Below are positions 46,249 to 58,747 of a stretch of DNA of 64,000 nucleotides, in pieces. Every line of letters starts with the position of its first letter. Positions within the stretch are counted from its first letter, which is position 1. A model generated the notes under the pieces. It ran no database searches, was not told the origin of the DNA, and worked only from the letters and a program-made list of their open reading frames with translations. A program made the position numbers and the translations under genes. The stretch is from Chrysomallon squamiferum (Eukaryota; Animalia; Mollusca): assembly GCA_012295275.1 (NCBI GenBank), contig CM022672.1:11160001-11224000 (forward strand). The letters are read 5' to 3'.

Positions 46249-49200
46249 TAGTTTTTAGTAATCATAAATTAAATAGCTTTGAAATGCCAACTGCATCTAG
46301 TGTATATTTAATATTTGAAGTTATGTAAAAAAAAAAAAAAATACAATTAAAAGAAAACATTTTAATTTTTTTATATATATTAATTTGTATCTTAAATGAC
46401 ATGTACTATAAAATCTATTTAATATTTAAGATCGGTATCGAAAGTACCTTTTTAATATAATTCGAGTTCTACAAATAAACAATCAGAAACTGTAATTTAT
46501 TTTATTTGCTTTATTGATTTAGGACAGCTGCGAAACATCCCGAAAAATTAACTCGACGGGATTATGCCAAAGTGAATGTAAGAAAAACCAGGTATAACTG
46601 ATTATCAAGAAAAATTTCTTTTAACTTTTTATTTTCAAAAGCAAAAATTTATTTTAATATTATATTTTATTTCATTTCACATCACCTTTACTGTCTTTAT
46701 CGGTAAAATGAACCATCAAATTAAAACATGCAACAAACATTTTGTACAAGTTTATTAAAAATGTTAAGAATTTAACAATAACTTGAAAAAAAAAAAAAAA
46801 ATAATAATAATAATGATTCGTAAGTTGTTTTTTTCCTTTTAATGATGTACAGGATTATATAAATCTGTTTACATTATGTAAAGAAAACGTTTCTGAAACT
46901 GTACAAAGAAGTCTCAAAAAACAACAGTAACAAAGAAAATGATTCCTTAAAATATAAAGCTGCTTGTAAGTACTGGTATATAACTGACTTTCCAGTGAAG
47001 AAATTTTGGATTGTATACAAGTTCCCCCCTCAGAGGCAGGAAGCTATGAAACTCGACGTTCTCTGTATTTGTCTTCTCAACTTCTGGTCGGTGCAGTTCG
47101 CTGTCTTGATAAACAGGCGGACTATTTACTAGGTTTGTATCACCTTAAGTGTTACTAAGGAATGTGAAAAGCTGGTTATAAGAAAGTTACAACTTAATTT
47201 GATTCAGATATTATTCTTTCATGTTCGTTAACTTTATCGTTTTTAAAGAAGACTATTTAACAAATGACAGAGATGGGTAATTTTGGTAATTAGACAATTG
47301 TGAGTTAGTTACCATTGAACAAGATTGCACATAATTCTGTGTAGAGATTTCTTTTGGTCAACACAGTCTAAGTGTTGAAAACCTTTCTAAATGCTGCCAA
47401 CTCTTTCACTGAATCCCAATTTCTCTCCTTTAGACTTTAGGTTACTTTTTAGAATTTGTCATTTTGTATATGGCCTAAGATCAGATCAAGTAGATTAATT
47501 GTTTTACATATTATTTACAGGAGAACAGCAAGTTCTGTGGTAAGTTAAAATAAGGGAAACATTAGAAATTTCTTTTAATCTATGACCGTGTGCTGGGCAA
47601 TCGTCTTAGGAATGATTTTTCTATTTGAAATTGCTGTCGTGATCTGTTAAAATACTGCTAAATTATCAATTCCTGTTTTCTGACATCTCTCCACTGTCTT
47701 AAGTTTCTTTCTACACTTCTTCTTTCGACTTGCTATTTCAGGACTGATTTAGTGAGAGTAAATTATTTATTTTATTATTACTTTATTTTTCATGAAAAGG
47801 TGATCTTCGTGATTTAGCTGGACAAATTAAAAGTACTGAAACTCGTTCTTCAATACCTGACATAGATCTAAAAGTAACGCCTAGGTAAATTATGTGTGAT
47901 ATGTTAAAACTTGTATAAAAACTGGGTACTTTGTTTTCAGAGGTTATTTTACATTTCTTGAAACAATGTAGTTTTAACATTTGCAAATAAGATATTTGAT
48001 TTAGATACGTAAAATATAATTTAACCTGAAGTTTTCCTCAGCGGTCTAAAAACAGTCTTCTGATAAAAAATATTTCATCTGTTTTGAAAAAATTGTTTTA
48101 CTTTTTTATTTTTATTTAACTGAAAGAAAAGGACAAAGATATGTCCTATAAACTTTAAAAAAAAAAGAAAAAATTTTACTCAGAGCATAAACAACAACAA
48201 CAAAAAAAAAAAAAGAAAAAAAAAAAAAGAAGATAAATAAAACATATTTTTAAAAGGAATCCAGATATAGTTCTCTCTTTCTTATTATATTTAATATCTG
48301 TGTCAGAATTAGATAATAGAATTTGTAAAGGGTCATTCCGTGTCAAATCACCCAATGGTTTAAACCCGACCGTCTCAGATTTTTATGAAACTTGGTATAC
48401 TTGTTGACTGGGATCCCACAGCACCAAATCTGAAATTTTAGCTCAATCAGACCAGTGGTGTGGGAGATACGGCCCACCGAATTTTGAGATTTTTGCCAAA
48501 AATGGGTGTGGCCACCAACCTTAGAACCCTCACATCTCAGGAACTACTGGGCCAATCTTCATAAAATTGGTATTGTTAGAAAGGCAAAATGACAAGGATA
48601 CCAAATCTGCCATTTTTGTTTAGTTTGGAAAATACTGGAGTACCTTGACCTTTTGACCTTTGCTATGACCTTGAAACTGACCATGTGGATCACGTGATCT
48701 TGAGATGACCTTTGTTGAAATTTAATCTCCCACATGTTAACTAAAACATATAAAAGTTTCCTGGGTGTAATATTTTTTGTTTAGCCACAATATAGATTTA
48801 AAAAATGCACATACATGAAAATAACACCTTTTCAGCCATTAACATCTGATTAACTAAAACCTGAATGATCAATTCTGGATGCTAGGGATCACCATCTTTC
48901 TTGATCATCAAGTAAGACATTGTAGGCCTACATGTATGCATAAAGTTCACATAAATTTGAGAGAACTAGGTGTTTCTGATGCTTAACCTTCTCACTATGT
49001 TTGTTTCAAATGCTCACTGTATCCTTCATTCCCAGACACATTCTACTGTTCTCATCACTTTCATAAAATTGGATTATTTCCTCCTTCAATTCATTGTCCT
49101 TTCAATGGTAAAGGGTGACAAAATCAAGATTTGCACACACTCTGGGTAGGATTCAGACATTAAGATGTCATTTTAATGTTACTGTAGCTGATGCTAGTTT

Positions 49201-52200
49201 TTTTCTGTCCTTTCATTCATTTACTGGAATTTGCTAGTGAATGGAGTTTGAAGAGGAGTTTCACCTAAACTCGACAGAATAGAATTCAAATCAAAGTCCT
49301 TTTCTGGGGAAACAACAACCAGTGGTTTGTCTGGCAAGTTATCACCAAATTCTCCCATTGTAATACCACCCATACTAAAGCCATCCTCTGCAGGACCTTT
49401 GATTTCTGAAGGGTAATCAGACAGTCACAGCACAACTTGTCTCCTGGCACTAGTGTCTTTGGAGGATTTACTAAGCATTTGTAAGTGCCCATGCTAACAA
49501 TTCTTAAAGATCTAGTGCGTGCTTGCTCAGGGTGGCGATTAAGGGGATCACAACAGTTTTTCTGCAATGTTGAAAATTTGATGAAAAGTTCTTGTTCGTG
49601 ATACTCTTGATGTCCCGTGTTTTGATCCCACTTCAAAGAGTGAGGAGTTCAACTTCCTCAGTTTTCCATACACTTCGCAACAACTCCTTTTTGATATGAT
49701 GGTGTTGATAACACACATTTTCAGGAGAGTTAAAGCTGCAGTTAGCCCTGGAAGAAATAAGGATTTTCAGTATTGGCCTGCACCTTCAATTCAATAGAAC
49801 AAAGTCAGTGCTTTCCTAAATATTAAATCAAATCCTGAAACCCTTTCAGTAAAGTTAAGCAGGTCATAAAATGGCAGCAGAGTACATGTGTTATTGCCAA
49901 AGGCCCACAAGTCTTGGGCATTTATGTCAATCTTCTCAAGTATAAATCACAGTTTATTAAGGTGAAGTAGACCTTGTTCATACTCTGTGCCGAAGACTGG
50001 GTGTACAAATACATTATGCAGTACATCACTCGATGACGTCTGATTTCAGACTGGGTTGTACTGTTGTTGACTGAAACCTTGTTCAAAACCAATGGCACGG
50101 CCCACATGACATGATAAAATTACTTAATAGGTTTTATGAAATAAAAATATTGTTTATATATCAACATCTGACATTGTGTCCAACTTAAAAAGCTTCAGAT
50201 TGTCAAAGAAATGCAGATGAAGAAACTTCTTTGTCTTAAACTTCTAATTGCCATGTGTTCAATGGGGATTGCACCAGGGAATCTAAAGGAGTTCCTGACC
50301 TGCCTGAAGCATCACTTCCTGTTAACCCTTTCAGCCTGATTGTGTACAACATGTCATGCCATTTGGCATCTTTTCATATCCTTCAGGCATTCCTTCAGAC
50401 ATGTCAGATGGGTTTTAACTCCAAAGATGAGTTTTTAGTCTCAGAAAAAATGTACATTGTAATGCATAGTATCAATCATCCATGCAGGTATGCATTTTTT
50501 AAATCTATTATGGCTAAACAAAAAATATTATACCCAGAAAACCTTTATATGTGAACTTTATGCATACATGTAGGCCTACAATGTCTTACTTGATGATCAA
50601 GAGAGATGGTGATCCCTAGCATCCAGAATTGATCATTCAGGTTTTAGTTAATCAGATGTTAATGGCTGAAAAGGTGTTATTTTCATGTATGTGCATTTTT
50701 TAAATCTATATTGTGGCTAAACAAAAAATATTACACCCAGGAAACTTTTATATGTTTTAGTTAACATGTGGGAGATTAAATTTCAACAAAGGTCATCTCA
50801 AGATCACGTGATCCACATGGTCAGTTTCAAGGTCATAGCAAAGGTCAAAAGGTCAAGGTACTCCAATATTTTCCAAACTAAACAAAAATGGCAGATTTGG
50901 TATCCTTGTCATTTTGCCTTTCTAACAATACCAATTTTATGAAGATTGGCCCAGTAGTTCCTGAGATGTGAGGGTTCTAAGGTTGGTGGCCACACCCATT
51001 TTTGGCAAAAATCTCAAAATTCGGTGGGCCGTATCTCCCACACCACTGGTCTGATTGAGCTAAAATTTCAGATTTGGTGCTGTGGGATCCCAGTCAACAA
51101 GTATACCAAGTTTTATAAAAATCTGAGACGGTCGGGTTTAAATTTCTTTTTTTTTTAGGTGATTTGACACGGAATGACCCTAAAAGTTTATTCATAAATA
51201 TTATATAAAGAAAAATAATTAGCATTTTTAATCATTTACATATTTTATTAGAAATACAGCTTTTCTTAGAATAAGGACAGTTAAATAAGGTGATCAAATA
51301 ATGAAAAATTCCTAAAGTACTCTGATCAACAATTATCCTTGTTTTTCTAGTTTTATTAACTTTAATAAAAGTAGTCTAATATTAATGTGTGTCTTTCTGT
51401 ATGAATATAAATGTATGTATGTATGTATGTATGTAACCTTAGTTTGTACTATTTAAAAAATTGTAATTCCAGAGCTGAACAGGTTACTCTGATGGACATG
51501 ACTGATGCATCTGACATACGTAACCCAGCAAATGACCCTACTTTTGGAAAATTCGACAAGGAAGAAATGACAAAGGAACTGGCTATGTTGGTTTGTTCAG
51601 TTATTGTTATTGTTGGTTTTGTTGTTAATTTGAATACTGAAATTGGAAAATTCAAAAAAATATGAAAAGGAAAGAATGAAGAAAATAAAGATTTCCTATT
51701 CATATTGTTATAATTTTTTTTTCTTCTATTTTTTCTTTTTCCTGTAACAGAAAATCTGACCACGTATACATTATGAAAATACTGACCAGTTATTGAACTA
51801 GCAAACATTGTTTATAAATTGTAGATGTACTATCCATGTGTTTGGCACTAAATATAGTGTGTTATGATTCTGAAACTTTGAACATTCAAAAGCTGGTGAT
51901 AAATTTAACATATTCATTTCTTGTTGGTAGAAATAAGTGATAATAATTTTACAGGAGGAATGGAGGATGCGGATGTCAGTGGTACCTTCTGGAAGTCCAT
52001 CCATATCGCACTTGCCAACAACACCCAGAATGAAGAAAGATATAAAAGAGAAACCATTCAAACCAGGTTTGTTTATATTAAATACGACCTTAGTGGTTTG
52101 TATAGTTGGCTTAAATACATGTTCTGTACTCAGGGGTGACTGTTTTACTATCAGTGTTTGATATCAGTTATATAAAATAAATTTATAAATAATGCTGGAG

Positions 52201-52932
52201 ACCTGCATTTTATGTTAAACAATATTTAAGATAGATAATTGCTAAAAATAAAATAATATCTGAACATACTGTAGCTGTAGTTCATCAGCACAGTCTTTGT
52301 ACCCATTTGCACCTTTCTGTAATATTCTGTTTATTTTAGAAAGGTAACAATATTATTGTTATGTACAAATTTCAGGGGTTCCAGTTTTATCATTATCATT
52401 ATCATCATTGTCATTATCATTATCATAATAATAATTATTTATTTATTTATTTATTTTTATTTGGCAAAGATCTAGTTGTTCAATGGAGAGGGCAAAGTTA
52501 TTTAGTATTGTGGTATTTTATTATTAACAAAGATTGTTTAGACGTGACAAATCAGCAGGGACTTCAGAGTAGGCAAAATGTGTTTAAAGCATAAAGACAT
52601 ACTTTACAACTTAGAACTGTTGCCTAACTTCTCATAGAACAAAATAAAAATAAAATGTTAAAGCAAATAAAGAATTCTTTTCTCTTTGTTTTTTCTTTTT
52701 TTAAGTTGCTGGAGGTCCACATATGGTGTCTAATCCTGAAGACATTAAACTTAAAGAAATATGTACCCGAATACAGTCAATAGAGGTTTGGTATTATTTG
52801 TAATAATTTACTAATGTTTTAGACCTGAATAATAGTTGGATTTAAGAGAATATTAAAACTAGATTTTATTTCACCAGAATTATTAATAAGATGGTTTTTC
52901 TTTTCTTCTAAAATGCAAATGTTCAGAACAAT

Positions 52933-52992
<60 letters not shown>

Positions 52993-55601
52993 AAGAATAA
53001 AAAGAAAAGAAAAAAATGAAAATAAATAAATAAAAAATAAAATAAATAATAATGATGATTATAATAATGAAATTATGCAATTGTGTATTCTTAATTAATT
53101 CTGTTTTTAATTATAGTAACATGTGGTACATAAAAATACTGAACCTGACCAAAACATGCCAGATCAGATAGATAATAACTGAATCTGACTGAAAAGGACT
53201 TTAAAATGAATATACTTGCACTTTTTCAGTTTCAGTTTCAGTTAATTTCTGATGCATACATCCAGTGTATTAAAATGATTTCAGATTCCTGGTGAAAAAG
53301 AACGTCCTGGATTGTTTGATGAAGATCTGCATTTAGCCAAGGATTCTCCTGAAGCAGATATCTTGGTTGAAGAGTTGTTGTCTCCAACAACAAAGTCAAG
53401 AATAACTGAAATGTAGGTACTTTTCAACTCTGATAGCATCATGGCCATCAATATACCATTAAATGACTGCATTAGATATAAAATCCTGCCAGATTTCACT
53501 GATTAATTCAGCTGAGAATGTCGGCAAAACACCCTACAAAGATTGGATCTATTAAAAGAGTCTAGCTGTTTAATAAAAAAAAATTTCATTAACAGTTGTA
53601 TTTCTGAAATTTTCATTTTTTATTTAACTGTTAATTAAAATGAATCAATTGAATTATGTTTTTTAAACATCTTAGGCAGTTTTATTTCTGCGTAACAGTT
53701 TTTAATTTGAATATTTAAAATAATTTTGTATCTTCCATTGAAAGTTTATATATTTTCGTTCTATTATTTTAATTTTTTTCCCAGTGAATCTCTAACACCT
53801 GAGGAAAAAACACCCGCAGTTAGACCTGTTCAAAGGAGAGCACCTCCTTCACCCGGTGTGACTCCTGCACCTCCTACAAAGGTGTGTGGAAAAAGTGATA
53901 ATATAAAAAAGATGACACAGTTAATACAATGCCATGTTTAAATATTGTTTAAATAATAATTAATAAACATTCATAAAACTACAGCTATTTGCATCTCAAA
54001 AATAGTGTCTCTGATTTTCTTTTTGTTTTGTAAATTAGATTGTTTATTGTCACCAACTAATTTCTTAAATCTCGCTGGTTCATAAATAAACCCATTACTT
54101 GATTCTTGAAACTGATTTTTCTCTAAGATTTTAATTGTTTTTTATAAAACATTTGAAATATCACCTACTATCTTTTCTTAATAAGCTGCTCTATACTAAG
54201 CTGTAGGCATGAAATATTTTTATTTTGTCTTTTTTTTTTATATATATATATATATTTATTTGTTTGTTTGTTTGAGACCTAACCTTACAATGGAGTTGAA
54301 TCCAATTACTTCTGATCCTGTAAGAAGACAAAGGGAGCAACATCTCTTAGTCGACAGAGAAAACAAGATTCCTTTTAAAAGAATGAGAGAACAGCTGCTT
54401 ACTAGATCTCATACTTGTATTTCTTTAGTAAGTTAAAATGGAGTCTGTTAAAGAGGACGTTTAGAAGTACATACTAATGGCCTAAAAAAAAAAATTACTT
54501 TATGTTTTGGGTAATTTTTGTTAGGTTTCATTCATCCAAAAATACATTTATTCACTTTTGGATGAAGAACATTCACCAGTGGTAACTGTAATAATTTATT
54601 GTGATTAAAAACAAGTTTTATTGATGATATTGCTCTTGTATTATTTTGATTTATATCTATTTCAGACTGTTTAAAAAGACTATTTCTGTTTTAAAAGACT
54701 GCTAAAAGACTAAAGAGTATAAATTTTGGTATAAATTACCAATATATACATGTCACTGAATATTAGGATTTAAAGAAAGAATATTTGTCATGATTTAATC
54801 TTTTCTTAGATTCGACCTGATCCACATCCATCCACTGTTGATGAACTCTTTAATTATCCTGGAAGAAAAAGTAATTAACTGTATATTCTTATGTTTTTGC
54901 TTTGCCAGTAATTCTTTGAAACTTCAGTAGTAGTAATTCTTCTTTAATTTTAAGTCTTTCTTTTTACTTTTTTATATATACAATCCAGTGATCATGAAAA
55001 GACTGATCATTAACAATGTTGTGTATCATATGCCTATCTGTGATGAGAACAGAGTTTATTTATGTTGGTTTGTCACATATTAATTTATGTCAAAAAGAGT
55101 TGAGTTAAAATCATAATGCTAGCATTGAGTAGAGATATACACCTCCTTTGAAGATAAATTTCATTAAAAAATACCCAAAACAACTGACTAAGCATCAAGA
55201 TGAGTTTAACTAAACTTTGCTAGATTCTGGTAATTACGTATTCTAGACACTATTCTGAATAAAAAGTAATTTGACTGAAAGTAACTATCAACTCTTATTA
55301 AAAATAATTAGTAAAATAAATATGTCGAAGGATTTTTAAAGTTCTGTTTTGTATTTTAGCATTAAGGCATCCAAAGTTGTTTCCACTATGGAAGCAGAAT
55401 GCTGAAATTGGAGATACTCCAGAAACCAAATCTGAGAAAAATACTCCAATATGGACAGTTTCAGAACTAGGTAATAATTTTATTTTAATCAGATATTGTT
55501 ATCAGTTAATTGATACCATGATAAATATGATGTACTGAAATAAACTGAGTTTTTTTATCAGTTAAAAATTCTCATCAAAATAAAGTTTCTTGCTTTCATT
55601 T

Positions 55602-55634
<33 letters not shown>

Positions 55635-58600
55635 TATATCTATAAATTAAATGAAACAATAGATTCACTTAATTTTTCTGGTTTGTTATAAATAAATCTT
55701 TAAATATAAATATATATATATATAAAAATCTTTAAATAAATCTTTAAATAAATAATATATATATATATATATAGATCTTTAAATAAATCTTTTAAATAAA
55801 TCTTTAAATTTATATATATATATATCTGTGTGTGTGTGTCCTGTATAATTTTTGGTGCTAATTTTTCTGTTTGTACTGCATCTGAGTTTAATTTCAGGTA
55901 CTCATAAATCTCTAAAAGACACTGAATTACTGAGTTCACGAAGATCAAGAAAAGAGCTTCCTCCTCAGGCTTTGGAAGGCCCTTTGGAAACAGCTAGGGC
56001 TGCAGAGGTATTTAATCATCTATATTTCACCTACCTCACCAGATAGAAGTATCTTATAGTCTATATTTCACAGGATTCAGTAAAGAGAGGTATTTTATAA
56101 TCTGTATTTCATTGATATCATAGATGTATTTTATAATCTATCACAGATGTCAGTTGATAGATGTATTTTAAGTCTACATTTCAAAGACCTAAGTAGACAG
56201 TTTATATTCAACAGACCTAGATGGAGATTGTATTTCTAATAAAGAGATATCAATAAAGAAAATAATTATTGTTATTTCAGACTTTTAATAATTATAAAGA
56301 TACAAAAAGTAATTAAATACAGTGCTTTGTGTTTGTTTACAAACATTAGCAAAGGTATATATGAATGTAATATATATATATTTACATTCACATATATTTA
56401 TTTTAAGAATTTGTTTGCTGCTTTTTTTTTTTTTTCAGTAACTAGGTTTCAAAAAGCAACACTCTGGTTTGATTTGTTGAAGTCAAGATCAAAATAGCTA
56501 ATATTATATATTTTAGATTTCAGAGAGTGAAATAACAAGGACCCAGTCTCTGGAAGGGACCCTTCAGGGTAGAGCAACATCTGTTTCCATGGAAAGAACC
56601 ATTTCTTTCAATCGAGAAAAAAGCTTGGATGATCAAAGTACTGACAAAATTGAAGAGACTCTCCAAGCTCAACCTGTGTATGTTTATAAAAATTCTTTTG
56701 TCTAAAATTTAAATATTGTTAAAGATTGTGTTACGTTTCTTGTGAAGGATGATATATAACAGTTATGGAATAAGTGTGTGACTGTTTAACGATGTTTCAG
56801 CATGTTTTACTATTAATACTTGTTATGTATTAGACAGACTTTTGGGGGTTATTTCTGTCAGTTGGCAGCAAAATACCTTTTATTTGCATTGTCACAAAAG
56901 CCATCAATAACATTTTAGTATTAGGTATTATACTTTTTTTTGCGTAATGATAACAAGAAAAAAAAGCTTTCTGTTGTACTTCATGGATATAAAACACATA
57001 TTATGACCTTTCAATAAACCAGTTATGGAGCATAAAAAGTTCTGTAAATTACATCTGTACCAGCAAATTAAAACCCACTAATAATGTTTATGGTGATACT
57101 AACAGCAAAGAAATAAATATGTCTGTACTTAAATAATTCCCACATCTGCTCTTCTCTTTTTACTGATTTTAAAAATATTATGTAATTATTTTGTTTCAAA
57201 CAGTCTTAGGGAAATACCTATTCCTGAAGATGAGATGTATGCAGAGGCTCAAACTAGAGAAAGTACATCTGTCAGAGATCTTGGCAGTCTTTTTGTTGTA
57301 CCTGAGGAGAAAGAAGATGGTGTAAGTCCGTTAGTTCCACCTGCTCTTGAAATACCCCATCATGTTTCATCTATAGAGGTCCTAAGGTAACCCATATTTG
57401 TTATTTCTCACCTAGTAAATATAGCATTCTTTTATAAGTAAAAGTTGCAAAATAATCTCTTTTTGACTAGTAAACAGCTGATTAAAGCTTATTTGTATTG
57501 TATTAATTTTCTACAAATCCTTTTTCTTTCTTCTTTTTTTGGTTATTAATTGTGAACCAAAGGACATGTATATAGTAGTCAAGATTTATTTATTAGATAA
57601 AATATATTTCTAGACTAATGCAGTATTTTACAATTTGTATTTGAATTCATTTTTAAATTTAGAATGTGGAAATCTATTGATTTTGTTTTATTTTTTAGGA
57701 AATTCATATAGAGTTGTTTAACAATAAAAATAAAGATTAAAATATATTTCAATATAAACATTTAAGAAACAACTAAATAATAACAATTAAATGGTGTTTC
57801 AAATATATTTGAGAATTATCTAATTTTAACAGCTGCATCAACTCTCAATTGAAATCAAAAGAAGAGACAACTTTCAGAGATATCTGCCCAACAAACAAAA
57901 CAAGACCCTATGCAGCTCAGATGTTTTCTGAATTTCTTCGTATGTATATAGAAGTGTATTTTCTTTTCTTTTTTAAAATCTTCTTCAAACTGGAAATCTA
58001 TAATATCCTGATTTTAAAACTGTAAAGTTACTGCATTATATTTTAATGGTTTTGTGTTTTAAAGATGTGATAGACAAAAAATAAGAATGCACATCTAAGA
58101 TTTCTAAATTACTGAATATGAAATGAAATCTGCAGATTTATATATATTTAAAAATAAAGGGATTGTAATGAATGAATTAATAACTGGTGTTCACAATATC
58201 TCATCACATTTTATTATCTTCAAAATCTCAAGAATGTGCATACCATAAACCTTTTGTAAACAAGTTGGAACAGAAAAAGATAATGATAAGCCCTATAACT
58301 GTTTAGGCCTGCAATATAAACTGAGCTAGAGCTATTCTTATTTGTATGAAATGTACAAAGCTTAAATGAGGTATTTGAATGTAAGAAAAATTATTGTTGA
58401 TATCAATCAGCATCACTATTTAACAGTAATAGTCAACATAACATTTTAAAAAATAACTTAATATCAAACCATCTGTAAATAATGAAAATAAATATCTGTA
58501 TATTAATTTTCCTAAAACCGATCCATAATAGAAATATAAATTTAATTTTTTTATAGTTTTAATTATATCAGTATGTGCATTAGGTAATTTAATTATCTTA

Positions 58601-58747
58601 ACTTTTACAATGGTTAGGGTATATCAGTTTTATTTCACTAGTTATTTTTATTTCTTTCATTCATTAGAATTATGTAAAACCGGTCAAGTATCTGCACGAC
58701 AAGAAGAACCATATGGAGATATTTACATTACTCGTGGTGCAAACTGA
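45998..58747 (+). CDS. REC8: REC8-like kleisin, copy 2 (diverged paralog; exon-10 acceptor lost)
   Basis: Exons 45998-46056, 46523-46591, 46996-47132, 47800-47884, 51473-51590, 51955-52066, 52706-52785, 53285-53412, 53785-53881, [54275-54427, no canonical acceptor], 54810-54870, 55360-55470, 55898-56007, 56517-56677, 57204-57386, 57833-57939, 58668-58747. No stops seen; all exonic indels seen are multiples of 3. Confidence 0.75.
48330..51180. mobile_element. Sola2-like DNA transposon, 2.85 kb, ~625-bp TIRs, decayed interior
   Basis: TIR arms 48330-48953 and 50548-51180; 4-bp TSD TAAA on both sides; empty site atttgTAAAagttta at ~29746 in copy 1; GGG..CCC termini; Cys/His-rich remnant ORF 49286-49636(-) (CCDPLNRH..LR..PGDKLCCDC). 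The superfamily is inferred from GRG termini, 4-bp TSD and long TIRs. Confidence 0.85.

Noticed and set aside
47468-47495. U2 snRNA-like fragment tggcctaagatcagatcaagtag
   Set aside because: Short, gapped match with no flanking U2 sequence.
55690-55830. (aaatctttaaat)n/(AT)n expansion unique to copy 2
   Set aside because: Local slippage in a low-complexity intron.
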